64,000 nt of DNA, taken from assembly GCA_963693365.1 (NCBI GenBank), contig CAVNZM010000009.1, forward strand, positions 6,413,671 to 6,477,670, written 5' to 3'. Below the pieces are notes generated by a model that had not been told where the DNA came from, ran no database searches, and worked only from the letters and a program-made list of their open reading frames with translations. The position numbers and the translations under genes are program-made. Position 1 is the stretch's first letter. Each line of letters begins with the position of its first letter. The DNA is from Amoebidium appalachense. Taxonomy: Eukaryota > Protista > Ichthyosporea. This document shows, piece after piece, positions 30,563 through 47,983 of the stretch.

Positions 30563-33500
30563 ATGGTCAAGTTTTTGAAGCAGGGGAAGGTTGTCATCCT
30601 TCTCGGCGGCCGCTACGCCGGCAAGAAGGCCGTCATCGTGAAGAATATCCTTTTAATGTTTTTTTGGGGGGGACACGGATGGATGTGGATGCAGGTGGAT
30701 AGAGGGGATGTAGAGGGTGTTGGAAGAGGGAAAGAGATTAGGGCTTATTTAGGGCAGGTCGATGCATCGGGGGAGTATCCGAAGCATCCGGATACATCCA
30801 CGGGGTTATGAAGCAGGTCCGGCGACATCGCCGCCCTTCTGTGTCTGCCGACTTGGTGTCAGCGAATATGCCCCTTTTGTACGCTGTGATGCTGTGCAGA
30901 AGGGGCTGTGATGCTGTGGTCGTTGTGTCATTGCTTAATGTGGTTGGTGTCATGGGGAAGTGTCTTCTTATACTGCGTTGTGTATTGGATTGGTGTTGCT
31001 TTTTTTTGCATGTCTTTATAATCCAGCATACATTGTGGCCCTTAACCACACTGTACACTACGATGATGGCGACAAGGAGCGCAAGTACGGCTATGCCGTC
31101 GTTGCCGGGGTGGAGCGCTACCCGCTGAAGGTCACGCGCAGCATGGGCCAGAAGCGCATTGCCAAGCGCTCCAAGGTCAAGTCCTTCGTCAAGGTCGTCA
31201 ACTACAGCCACCTCATGCCCACCAGGTAAACAAAACATGCTTGGCAGGTTGCGTCAACAGGGCAGGTCTACGGAGCCGACACGCTCGTCGAGTTGTAGTG
31301 TAGGAGCCTCCGGATACAGGCAGGGAATTCACGGTTACACCAGCATTGAGCTTGTCAGCTTTGAGTGGAATGGCGAGGTCGTTCGAGGCTTAAACACAAC
31401 GTAGAACTTGAGTTTTCGGGGAATAGCTTCTGGGACCTGGGGTCGTTCACGGACGGGGGGATAACTTTCACTGTGAAGGTCTGCTGCGACCAAGTTATAG
31501 GCGTAGTGAGCCGATACACCGTGATTCTTTTCAAGGTCGTCAGCCACACACTCAGCATTTCTTTTGGCCAAAAGTCTATCTTCCATCCGTCGACTTGTCG
31601 TATATACCTCGGAAGAGGTGAAAAGGGGAACACAGAATGACCTACCATTATTATAGACAGGGCACATACGATCATTCCACATTGTTCAACAACACGCAGA
31701 TCACGGACAGCAGTTGGCAGTCGTAATTCCCGAGCGGATTTCGCTGTACTACCTACCCACTGTCCCACACTAGACTTGTGTTATTGGAATGAAGCGATCA
31801 GGGTCATCGTTGGCTTGATTCCCTTTGGGGTTGCAAAAGGAAGAACAAAGAGTTGGAATGAGGATACGTTACAGCTTGGGCGTCGGATACGGTTGGTTGC
31901 ACCCGATGGGACTATCTTTTTTTTCCAGAACCAGTCCCCGGTCGAAGGAACTCATAGGAACACGAGCATTGCAAGGAGAGACTTCTGGTTTAAGAAGGCC
32001 AGTGTGTGTCGGGAACAGTCAGAGTAACGGGATTCGTCTCCAAGCTGCATACCATGGGCGGCAATAGGGTTTGAGACGGAAACGTGGCTTGGATGAACCC
32101 CGTTCAATATGCCATGTCCATTTCAATTTTGTAGTTGAGCGCACATCTGATCTTCTGGTTGTCTAGTCAGGGATGTGCACACCCTTTGTCCCCGTTTCGT
32201 GTTCTGGCATTTTATCGTGTGTGCCCCCCGGCGCCTTACCATGTTTGTTTACCTATGCTTTTGTACACCTGTGCCCATGTCAGTTTCAGTGTTCTGTTCT
32301 CTCCCCTATGTGTGACCATGAGCTTGCTCATGTCCACTTCGCCATTCACAGGCGTTGTACTCAGTGCATCTGCTCTCCCACTTACCACAAGCTAGCTTGC
32401 ATGGGTGGGTACATTTGTGTGCCCAGACTCGTGTCCGCCAATGACAAGGCACACATCATGTTTACTTGGTGCTTATCTGCTCTCCCATTCCCATGTGTTG
32501 ACATGAGCGTGGTCATAGGCATGCAAGCTCATGTCCAACAGTCGTAACACAGTAATGCTGTTGCACTTAGTGCCAATCTGCTCTCCCGACCCCCTTTTTT
32601 TTTTTACACATGCGTGCATGTGTGTGCGTGACCTTTTTCATGTCGATGTGCTAGCATCGATTTGAATGTTTGTCACCATGCTCATGTTCTTGTGCATCGC
32701 CATTGACAGATACTCTCTGGATGTTGACCTGAAGACGGTTGTGTCGCGCGATGAGCTCAAGGACCCCGCTGCCAAGACGAAGGCACGCAAGGAGGTCCGC
32801 AAGCTGTTCGAGGAGCGCTACAAGACGGGCAAGAACAAGTGGTACGTGTGTGTGTGGGGATGTACTTGGGTGTGTAAGGGTGACGAGTTATGTGGTTGGA
32901 TGGATGTGTGCGCGCGCGTGTTTGTGTACAAGAACAAGCGGTACATGTGGGTGTGTATGTATGGGCAGTTGGTTGTTAAGGTAACTGTGTGTGTGTTTGA
33001 GGGGGTGGGGGGGGGAGGGCAGGTGGATGGATTAGCAAATTTTGTTGGTGGTTGGGTTGTGGGTTGGGGACGGCCAAGGCACATACACATATGTCCACTT
33101 ACCACTAGTTCCTATGTTGGTGAGTCTAGCACCTGTACACAAAAGCATAAACATGGGGCACACATACGGATTATGGTTTTTGGGATTTGATAGGCATGTC
33201 CTTGTTCTTTAGAACACAGGTTGCACACATGCAACACGCACGTTCCCTGTGGTGTTTACGTTATTTGCACGGTGTCCACACAATGTGATAATGCATGCAA
33301 GCACACACACACCTCTATTGTTGTTCATACTGAACACGCGTTTGTGCACATCGACCCGTGTTTACCTAAGCATGCTCGGATGTCTGTGTACCCACACACG
33401 ATTTTGTGAATGCAACACAGATGCACATGCACGCACACAGACACGGACATACACATACTGCAACTCAACAGAAAGAAGGAATGTGTTTTGCTGACGTTAA

Positions 33501-33987
33501 AGGGTGTGAGGCACACCACAATCGTGTATATGCACACACATGCACACAAGCATGTTCACACAGGGATTTACACCGCATACACGTACACTCACAGGCCTTG
33601 TGTCTGAGCATTTCCACACATGCACACCAAAAAGCACATGCATTTACAATCCGCATGCACGCAAACATACACTCGTCAGGACCTTTTTGCAGACCCCACA
33701 CACCCATACACGCTCACGAATGATTTCATATGCACGCCCGCGGCTGCATTTGTTCCCAACGATTCATGGGGTAGGGCACATCACACACACGCACACACAC
33801 ACTTGTAACCCTACACACACTTTTATACACGAGCACACCACATGTAAATACGCCGCCCGCGTTCACACCCATTTACACACGTGTACACACGTTCACCTTC
33901 TAAGGAAATGACAGTCTGTATATTATAATATTGTTGCTGACAGTTCAATTTCCGGCTCACAGGTTCTTCGAGAAGCTGCGGTTCTAA
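30563..33987 (+). CDS. RPL27: 60S ribosomal protein L27 (eL27); exons 30563-30644, 31057-31225, 32710-32841, 33963-33987 (135 aa)
   Basis: [32 protein letters not shown]...[12 protein letters not shown]...[24 protein letters not shown]...[16 protein letters not shown]. Exon phases are consistent and AATAAA follows the stop. Confidence 0.97.
30645..31056 (+). other. U12-type (minor spliceosome) AT-AC intron in RPL27
   Basis: 5' splice site ATATCCTTT, branch site CCCTTAAC at 31039-31046, and a 3' AC about 10 nt downstream. Removal restores the conserved K-N-Y-D-D-G frame. Confidence 0.93.
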
Positions 33988-34436
33988 GCCTGCAATAAAA
34001 TCGATTAGTATAGGGGAGGGTGGTCTGTGGATGCCCTCTCCACCTATACACTGAATGAATGCCCGAATGCCTGTAGATGTCCGTTTACTCTCCCAACATA
34101 CACGGCTGTGGAGGTGCTCGTGGTGCCTCTTTTTGTTGGTTTGGCCCAACTCATTATTGAGTTTATGTGTGTTGTGTGTTTTCCATATCATTATTTTTGG
34201 TGGTGGTGGTGGGGGGGGGGGGGGGGGGGGTTCATGTATGTGTTTGACGTGCAAGATGTGCGTGGTGCATGTGTATATTGTCGAAGGGTTTCGAGATCTT
34301 CGGCATATTTTTTTCCGCGTACATTTTATGTGACGCTGACGGGGTGCATTGGGTCGGAGGTTCGAAGTGGATGGAACAGCTCTCTCTCTCACGGTGTGTC
34401 TGTGTCTGTGTACGGGTGTGCATGCACACAAAGTGC

Positions 34437-34490
<54 letters not shown>

Positions 34491-35840
34491 TTGTTATGGG
34501 GGTGCCACTGGGTGTGCTTGGTGTGTGTGTGTGGGGGGGGGGGGGGGGGTCACATACTGTTTCTCGAACGTTCCAACCAGGTATGACCTTGGTTTGTTGG
34601 TGGAGCCGCATACTATGATCTGAGGGTCATTCTACGTAGGGCCCGGGAATAGTTACACGTGTGCCTAACACCGTGCAAACACAAACTACTGTTCGGAACC
34701 ATGTGGGCACCGGTGCCACCTCATGTCATAAAAACGAGGCCCCACCATCTACAAACGCTGTCTTCTACGCAGGCTTCCGCATGCATGACGGTGATTGAAA
34801 TTGTGCTAACTAGCTATAGGCCTCAATATGCATCTGCCGTGGACTGCGCCTGGCCAGCCCTCTGAGCCTAAGATCTATGCTATCAGCTAATGTAGTTACA
34901 ACCTAGTATGAGCAACTTCGGCTAGCTATAGAGCAACTATTGCACGGCCAGGGTGTGTTCATAATCATTCGTGCGTCTAATATTAGCTAGTACGTTCATT
35001 GACCCGCTGGCAGATCTGATTGACACCGCGTAAAAAAAAAAAACGGGGAACCCCAACTAATTGATTTCTCTTAGTCCTTATGGTGTCTCGTAGAAAAATA
35101 AACCCTGATATATAGTCATCACCCGACATCTATGTACGTGATCATGATATACCGCTGAGGGGATATTCCGAGCAAAACCCCCCCCATACCTGAGACTGGT
35201 TTCTCTTTGCCTCGAGTAAACAGCGTAAACCCCGTAGCGATCTCTGGTCGGTAACGGTGGATCCGGATATCGGGAACTTATTACGTGCATATGGGTTATA
35301 TGGTAAAAAAAATCATGGTGCAATTGCAAATGAGGGGCTGTACATGCGTATGTACACATACACATGCATCTACTTCACGGTGCTTGTGGATCCGGTCAAC
35401 GTACGCGTCGGGGTGCACATGTACATGTGGCCATGGGCAGTGGTCCTCTGACTCTCAGTGCACATCATAGTAGTGTGGTGCAGTAATAAACTATGTGAAA
35501 GGTCAACCCAGTTATAACGTTCGCACAGCAATGAATTGCAAAAAGGAAAAAGGGGCAGAGATCCGGAACGGGTAGCCAGATTGTGTATGTAGTGTGGTGA
35601 CAATAATTTGAGTCATGTGTGTTGCGAGTCATCCTGCACAGCTGCTAGCAGCGCTGCACTAATATTAGTTTGAAAACAACAAAAAAATCACTAATTATAA
35701 TAAGAATATGGCGGCATTACGAAGCATATGTACGACTGCTTGCCAACACGAGGCTCGGTGTTAAAACTTTTTTCTTTCTTTCTTAGCTTTTTTTTTTTTT
35801 GTGTGTGTGTGTTTGTTTGAGACTGTGATAAACAAGTGAA

Positions 35841-35874
<34 letters not shown>

Positions 35875-36481
35875 GGTTGCAACCAGCTTGCATGCAGTTC
35901 CGTTTCCCATGATCATAGTGACCCAATTAGTTTTCATTAGAGGCTAGCTGCAGCTGCAAACACCCACTGTGGAGCATACAGTGGGGAGAAATATCTTCTC
36001 ATGAGCTCAACACCCGAGTAATGGTGTGTACACATTTGTGCATTTCAAGGTCACCACGTGTACACACAAAACACCGCCACAGAACAACATACATAACATA
36101 TGCATATTTATTTATGTATGTGCCAATCATCATGTGGCCCACTTCACACCACAATAAGCGAACAAACCCACCTCGGTATCAACAATGATATAAAAGAGTA
36201 CACACATCCGTCTTCTTTGTCGCCGTGCATGTGCGTGCATGCATGCATGTTCGTGTTGTTTGTGTGACTTTGTGTCTTTGCCTGTGCCTGCATTTTGAGT
36301 AATACGGTATTACCGGCAAAATCCAAAAGAAAAGCACGCACACTTGCAGCTACAATAGGTTATGATCATGGCTTTTGTACTACGTCAACTATGTATGAAA
36401 CAGCAGATACCAACACCCAAATACATGTGTTCCGTTAAAAAATTCTAATGGCGGAAACAGGTGAAAGGAGGTGGAAACGTT

Positions 36482-41615
<5,134 letters not shown>

Positions 41616-43405
41616 TCACATGTAAGCTTCAATGATGCTTCTACCTTCTTTCTCACCTTGCCCATACCACCTTATCTATGAAACTCTGCGTCTATCAAAC
41701 CAATCCTAGTCGGGTAATCATGGACCCCCCCCCCCCCCCCCTCTCTTCTTGACAACGTATATGTCACATTACTGTCTTCGTTTACATCTTTAAACTTCCA
41801 TAAAACACGCTCCCCCCCCACCCCTTCCCCCCCCCCCCGGCCCCCACACAACCCCCCCCCAAACCTCTTCTCCCTCTCCCCTGGTTAACCACCTCGCTTC
41901 CCTTCCTTCCCCCCTCCCCCAGGAGCCCTCCCACACCTCTTGCTCCCATTCCCCCCCCTTCCCACAACACAACACACAGACGTGACACACATGGGTCTAC
42001 AAGCAAAGGCTCTCTACCCTCGACAACAAACAAAAACACACCTCTACAGTCAAAACATTGCTCCCGAAGTATTGGTTGTTTACGTAAATTACCCAGGTGC
42101 ATCCCAAACGTCCCAAACCTGTTACCTGGGAGATGAAAGCCCTCTTGCCTAAGAGAATAATTTCCCCCTCTACCCTCCTGCCTCCTTTCTTCCTTTGAGA
42201 CTAAAATGTCCTCTTGACTGTCGTCACAACAACGTTCAAAACAGAAACGATAACACACTCATGAGTAGCGCTTATAACACAAACAGCAGCGCACTCAACC
42301 GCCCAGAAAGAATGGTTTTCTCACCTTTTCTTGCAGGGGCTTTCCTATGTCTTTCCTCTATGGCTCCACAATCATTACTCGAGCAAAATCTATTAATGAA
42401 TGATTAATCCCTATTAGACAGGGCAAGTAAAGAACAAGTGTATCAAGTCGAAACTTTACTGCAATTTTTTTCCCTACAATTGGGTTATAACAACACCAAA
42501 CGCTAACACTTCCTCAACGAAAAAAAAAACGCTTCGAATCCGGAACCGTTTCGCTGCAAAAGAAACTTAAACTTTTGGCGGCTTGCTTTATTATCATGGG
42601 GTTTACACACTTTTTATTGCGTGGACATTGCCGGAGGCCCAGCCACATTCGACGGCCTACTGCGTTTTCCAGCACAGCCAATCAAATGCAGCCAGTGACA
42701 TATGTACATGCTAGGCAACAATGAGCGCCATGGTAGGATCTGACACCCCTATTACATATTATGGGTAAGCAGATGCTAGCATCGGTAGCTCCGACAGAAA
42801 GTTAAGGCACCGGATCACAATATCATACTGTGCAGCATTAATAAGGTGATCTAGGATAGTCATCTTAAAACGGATATATTGAGGAAGAGATGAAGAAAAG
42901 AGAATAAAACCGCCAATAACCTCCGGTTCTAATACATTAGCTAACAGGTTGCATTTATTGATAGATATGCAGCCGCGAGTAAACCGCCCCCCACACATAT
43001 TACACATATTATTATCATGTACGTAGAATATGATTGGTGTTAAATCAGCTGAAACCTAGGAAGGGGTCAACCATGGTATGCAAGGTGAGGCTGCTAAACA
43101 TTGGAATAGTATAGTTCTTATAGTAAAGTTTAGCTCTGAGTTATAGAAATAAAGTTATATATCAAAAAAAGTGAAAAAAAAATCTAAAATGATAATGAGC
43201 CTTGGAGTTTACACTTTGGAATACAGTGACTAAAGCTCACTCTGGTTGTTGTGGACTTGTGGTATGCAAGATGCGGTAAAAATGGACATGAGCAGTGATT
43301 TTTAAACCAATCACGAATCGTATTCCATGAATCATCCAATCAGAGTTTTCAAGGCTGCCTATATTTGGCCAGTGAGTGACGTAATCATGATTCAGCTGTC
43401 ATCAT

Positions 43406-43781
43406 TTGGGATATTCGGGTTGGTTGTAAGGTTTTCCGGGTCGGGCCGAAGGCCCTAACGGGCCGCAGGCCCGTCTATTGGGCCATAGGCCCTAGGCCGC
43501 TAGGCCTGGGGCGCGGGGCGCCGGGGACCGGCCTGGCCCGACCCGGCCCGCGGGCCACCCCCCGGCCCCCCGGCCCGGCCCGGGGTTAGCAGAATCTGCT
43601 AACCCCGGGCCGGGCCGGGGGCCGGGGGGTGGCCCGCGGGCCGGGTCGGGCCGGGCCGGTCCCCGGCGCCCCGCGCCCCAGGCCTAGCGGCCAAGGGCCT
43701 ATGGCCCAATAGACGGGCCTGTGGCCCGTTAGGGCCTTCGGCCCGACCCGGAAAACCTTACAACCAACCCGAATATCCCAA
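43406..43781. repeat. 376-bp GC-rich near-perfect palindrome (arms 43406-43593 and 43595-43781, 1-nt centre)
   Basis: TTGGGATATTCGGG...GGGGTTAGCAGA-A-TCTGCTAACCCC...CCCGAATATCCCAA. By eye the arms differ by 3 substitutions and 1 homopolymer indel. Confidence 0.97.
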
Positions 43782-43896
43782 TATTGCTTCATTCTGATTG
43801 GTTGTCACACCACGGGGTTTCCCGATTGTTCTTCGAATGACATTTTCTATCACTATCAGACAGTTCTCCAATATTAGAACAGAAAATGGTCTCTAC

Positions 43897-44000
43897 CCAG
43901 ATGGCCAGATGGCCAGGTCAAATTCAGTGTGTGAAAAAGGTGGATAAAACGGGATAAAACGGGAGCCAAAATGATCTGGCCATCTGGCCATGTGGCCATG
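43897..44000. promoter_or_regulatory. Origin-like cassette: inverted (CCAGATGG)n / (CCATCTGG)n repeats flanking two direct GGATAAAACG repeats
   Basis: CCAGATGGCCAGAT (43897-43910) is the reverse complement of ATCTGGCCATCTGG (43974-43987). GGATAAAACG occurs twice at 43942-43961. Function is inferred. Confidence 0.45.
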
Positions 44001-44028
44001 GAATCTCTATATCTAAAAATAGCTGCCA

Positions 44029-44425
44029 CTGCGCCGGGGCGTGGTTCCGGGAGGCAGGGGAGCAGGGGAGCACTCACTGGCCCTGCGCCGGGGCCTGGTT
44101 CCGGGAGGCAGGGGGGGGGGGGGAGGCACGTGAGCACTCACTGGCCCTGCGCCGGGGCCTGGTTCCGGGAGGCAGGGGGGGCACACGTGCAGGGGAGGCA
44201 GGGGAGCAGGGGAGACTGGGGAGCCACTCACGGGGGATAAATGTTGTGTATGCATATGGCCATGGTCACGTGTACTAAGAGACTCCACTGGGGGCGTGGT
44301 TCCGGGAGGCAGGGGGGGGGGGGGGGGGGGGGGGGGCAGGGGGGGGGAGGGGGGGGGGGGCAGGGGGGCACACGTGCAGGGAGGCAGGGGGGGGCACACG
44401 TGCAGGGGGGGGGGGGGGGGGGGGA
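44029..44425. repeat. Imperfect ~55-bp G-rich tandem repeats (core GCGCCGGGGCCTGGTTCCGGGAGGCAGGGG; CACACGTGCAGGG)
   Basis: TGGTTCCGGGAGGCAGGGG recurs at about 44042, 44096, 44160 and 44297. Confidence 0.85.
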
Positions 44426-44450
44426 CAAATGTTGTGTGTGCATATGTATG

Positions 44451-44988
44451 TTGGTGCCAAGAGGCAGCGCCCTACACGTGTGGTGTCTAAACAGCCTATA
44501 GGCATGCTCCGTGTGCAGGCACCAATTTCTACCCTCTTCTGGTTGGTGCCAAGAGGCAGCGCCCTACACGTGTGGTGTCTAAACAGCCTATAGGCATGCT
44601 CCGTGTGCAGGCACCAATTTCTACCCTCTTCTGGTTGGTCCCAAGAGGCAGCGCCCTACACGTGTGGTGTCTAAACAGCCTATAGGCATGCTCCGTGTGC
44701 AGGCACCAATTTCTACCCTCTTCTGGTTGGTGCCAAGAGGCAGCGCCCTACACGTGTGGTGTCTAAACAGCCTATAGGCATGCTCCGTGTGCAGGCACCA
44801 ATTTCTACCCTCTTCTGGTTGGTGCCAAGAGGCAGCGCCCTACACGTGTGGTGTCTAAACAGCCTATAGGCATGCTCCGTGTGCAGGCACCAATTTCTAC
44901 CCTCTTCTGGTTGGTGCCAAGAGGCAGCGCCCTACACGTGTGGTGTCTAAACAGCCTATAGGCATGCTCCGTGTGCAGGCACCAATTT
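44451..44988. repeat. 92-bp tandem array, ~5.8 near-identical copies
   Basis: Unit TTGGTGCCAAGAGGCAGCGCCCTACACGTGTGGTGTCTAAACAGCCTATAGGCATGCTCCGTGTGCAGGCACCAATTTCTACCCTCTTCTGG starts at 44451, 44543, 44635, 44727, 44819 and 44911. Copy 3 has one G>C variant. Confidence 0.97.
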
Positions 44989-45281
44989 GTTGTGCCTTCC
45001 TTTTTTGGTTAGATCTATACCCGGCCAATGGTTAGCAGCCACGGGTTTGTTTTCATCAAGCTTAGACGTGATACTTTGCCAATCATCAAGGCTGTTTGAG
45101 TGACAATGACCGTTGATTGGACAGATCTATCCCATTGAACCTTGGCACCATTGCTGTAAGCTGCTTTGTACCGTGGCATATAAAAGCAGCACACACGGTC
45201 ACATTCACTCATTCCAACACTGACACTCAATAGTAAAAGGCGACACACAACAAACTTGTTTTTCAAACACTCACACGAAAC

Positions 45282-46448
45282 ATGGATTCTTGGAAAGAGG
45301 AGCTTCAACAGCTGCAGAAGCGCGTTGATTTTCTGTACACGGACCATTCGTCCCGCTTAACGGCCCTGCACACCGACCTCATCAGCCTCCGCAGTCAAGT
45401 GACCAATGAGAATGCTGCACGTACGCCCCGACCCTCTGATGTAGAGGCACGACTGAGGGCAGCCGAAGACCAGATCAAGACCCTGCAGGCCGAGCTTGCC
45501 AGCCTGCAACGGGCAGTAGCACCCCGCCGGGATGGCCAGGTGGCCTATGAAAACTACATTTTCAGTGGCCCTCGCAAGACTACCCCTGTCGCCATGACCA
45601 CCACTCTGACTGCCCCCCCCCCTGCCGGCAAGACCACCACTGTGACTGCCCCCCCCCCTGCCACCAAGACCACCACTGTGACTGCCCCCCCCCCTGCCAC
45701 CAAGACCACCACTGTGACTGCCCCCCCCCCTGCCACCAAGACCGCCCCTGTGACTGCCCCCACCCCTGCCACCAAGACCGCCCCTGTGACTGCCCCCACC
45801 CCTGCCGCAAAGACCGCCCCTGCCAAGGCCACCCCTACCACCAAGACCACTCCTGCCAAGACCACCCCTGCCACCAAGACCACTCCTGCCAAGACCACCC
45901 CTGCCGCTAAGACCACTCCTGCCAAGACCACCCCTGCCGCTAAGCCCAGGCCCCAGCACACCAAGACACCTGAGACTTCGATGGACCTCGATGCACAGCT
46001 AACTAGTGTGAGGGGGGAGCTCCAGAATGCTCGAGAGCGTGTCAAAGAGGCAAAGGCGGCTGAAGATGAAATAGCGGAGGGCCTGGCCCTTGCTGCTGTG
46101 TGTACAGCCCAAAACACCATAAAAAGCATCCGAAGGAAGATTCTGCGACGGGAGAAGAACTTGAAGGCATACACAGGTGGTAATGAGTCTGTCTCCTCAC
46201 CTGCCTCACCCGCCAAACGCGTCCATGATCAATGTGATTGGGACTCAGATGAAGCATTCAACCCCAAGCGGCTCAAACGACGGGCAAATCAGGTACTCGA
46301 TGATATGACAGATGACGAATCTGCGTCTGATTGTGAGTCGGTCTTGTATGACCGCAAACCTGAACCCAAACATAAACAAACTGAAGAAATTCCCCTCATT
46401 GATCTTGACGAGGAAGAGTTTGACCAGTATGAGGATGAGATGGACTGA
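45282..46448 (+). CDS. Hypothetical protein: N-terminal coiled coil, Pro/Ala/Thr/Lys repeat linker, second coiled coil, NLS-like PKRLKRR, acidic tail
   Basis: 388-aa ORF with upstream TGGCATATAAAAGC at 45174-45187 and internal 33-bp and 21-bp coding repeats. Confidence 0.8.
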   Translation: MDSWKEELQQLQKRVDFLYTDHSSRLTALHTDLISLRSQVTNENAARTPRPSDVEARLRAAEDQIKTLQAELASLQRAVAPRRDGQVAYENYIFSGPRKTTPVAMTTTLTAPPPAGKTTTVTAPPPATKTTTVTAPPPATKTTTVTAPPPATKTAPVTAPTPATKTAPVTAPTPAAKTAPAKATPTTKTTPAKTTPATKTTPAKTTPAAKTTPAKTTPAAKPRPQHTKTPETSMDLDAQLTSVRGELQNARERVKEAKAAEDEIAEGLALAAVCTAQNTIKSIRRKILRREKNLKAYTGGNESVSSPASPAKRVHDQCDWDSDEAFNPKRLKRRANQVLDDMTDDESASDCESVLYDRKPEPKHKQTEEIPLIDLDEEEFDQYEDEMD

Positions 46449-46854
46449 TTTGATTGGTCGACTAAGTGGCATTCTCTTTTGATTTGTATTTGAATTGATC
46501 GGTCTTGATTTAATTTGTTTCTTTTCTCTTTTAGTTTGTATTTGAATATACTCGGTCCAAATTGATTTGTTCTTTGTAATCTGACTAGACTATCATGTAC
46601 GTACTTACTCTTTTTCTATACAATCACTTGTGTTCATATTAAAGGATTCTGTGTACGTGGACCACGGAAACATACACCATTTTTTGCAGTGCTTCATGCT
46701 ATAAAATAACCATGAGAGACACAAACAAATACATTAAGTGTGTACACGTCTACCCATAGGCCCAAGTGTTGACATGTCTGCCCACAGTTCCCTACTAGTA
46801 AGGCTTAAAGCACACATCTGCCTGTGTGCCATAAACTTTACTTTCACCACAAGG

Positions 46855-47906
46855 CACCCACCTAAGTACACTCTGCACCACCCTAAGTACACTGTGGTGC
46901 ACAGCCCCACTGTCCTAAGTACACGTCTGCACCACCCTAAGTACACTGTGGTGCACAGCCCCACCCTAAGTACACCTCTGCACCGCCCTAAGTACACCTC
47001 TGCACCGCCCTAAGTACACTCTGCACAGCCCTAAGTACACTCTGCACAGCCCCACCCTAAGTACACTCTGCACCACCCTAAGTACACTCTGCACAGCCCT
47101 AAGTACACTCTGCACAGCCCCACCCTAAGTACACTCTGCACCACCCTAAGTACACGTCTGCACCACCCTAAGTACACGTCTGCACCACCCTAAGTACACG
47201 TCTGCACCACCCTAAGTACACGTCTGCACCACCCTAAGTACACTCTGCACCACCCTAAGTACACGTCTGCACCACCCTAAGTACACGTCTGCACCACCCT
47301 AAGTACACCTCTGCACCACCCTAAGTACACGTCTGCACCACCCTAAGTACACGTCTGCACCACCCTAAGTACACGTCTGCACCACCCTAAGTACACGTCT
47401 GCACCACCCTAAGTACACCTCTGCACCACCCTAAGTACACCTCTGCACCACCCTAAGTACACGTCTGCACCACCCTAAGTACACCTCTGCACCACCCTAA
47501 GTACACCTCTGCACCACCCTAAGTACACGTCTGCACCACCCTAAGTACACGTCTGCACCACCCTAAGTACACGTCTGCACCACCCTAAGTACACGTCTGC
47601 ACCACCCTAAGTACACCTCTGCACCACCCTAAGTACACGTCTGCACCACCCTAAGTACACGTCTGCACCACCCTAAGTACACCTCTGCACCACCCTAAGT
47701 ACACCTCTGCACCGCCCCACCCTAAGTACACTCTGCACAGCCCCACCCTAAGTACACTCTGCACCACCCTAAGTACCTCTACACCATCCTAAGTACACGT
47801 CTGCACAGCCCCACCCTTTAAGTACACGTCTGCACCACCCTAAGTACACTCTGCACAGCCCCACCCTTTAAGTACACGTCTGCACAGCCCCACCCTAAGT
47901 ACACTC
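46855..47906. repeat. ~1.05-kb minisatellite of a 21-22-bp unit CCCTAAGTACAC[G/C]TCTGCACCA
   Basis: Roughly 45-50 copies, homogeneous in the centre and degenerate at the edges. Confidence 0.97.
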
Positions 47907-47983
47907 AATGTTAAGTACATCTGCACACAAGCACTAGAATAGCCTGAGGCTACTCTCTAATAGCGGCCCCTTTTTTCACCGTG

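Noticed and set aside
43400-43790. Palindrome as a Harbinger/MITE insertion with TSD
   Set aside because: No matching direct repeat on the two flanks (ATCAT versus TATTG) and no internal spacer. Not fully excluded.
44452-44525. 92-bp unit as a bona fide tRNA gene
   Set aside because: It lacks the D-loop GG, the T-loop TTC and a 7-nt anticodon loop. Kept only as a structured-repeat hypothesis.
44451-47906. 92-bp and 22-bp arrays as CRISPR arrays
   Set aside because: The units are contiguous and near-identical with no unique spacers, there are no cas genes, and the context is eukaryotic.
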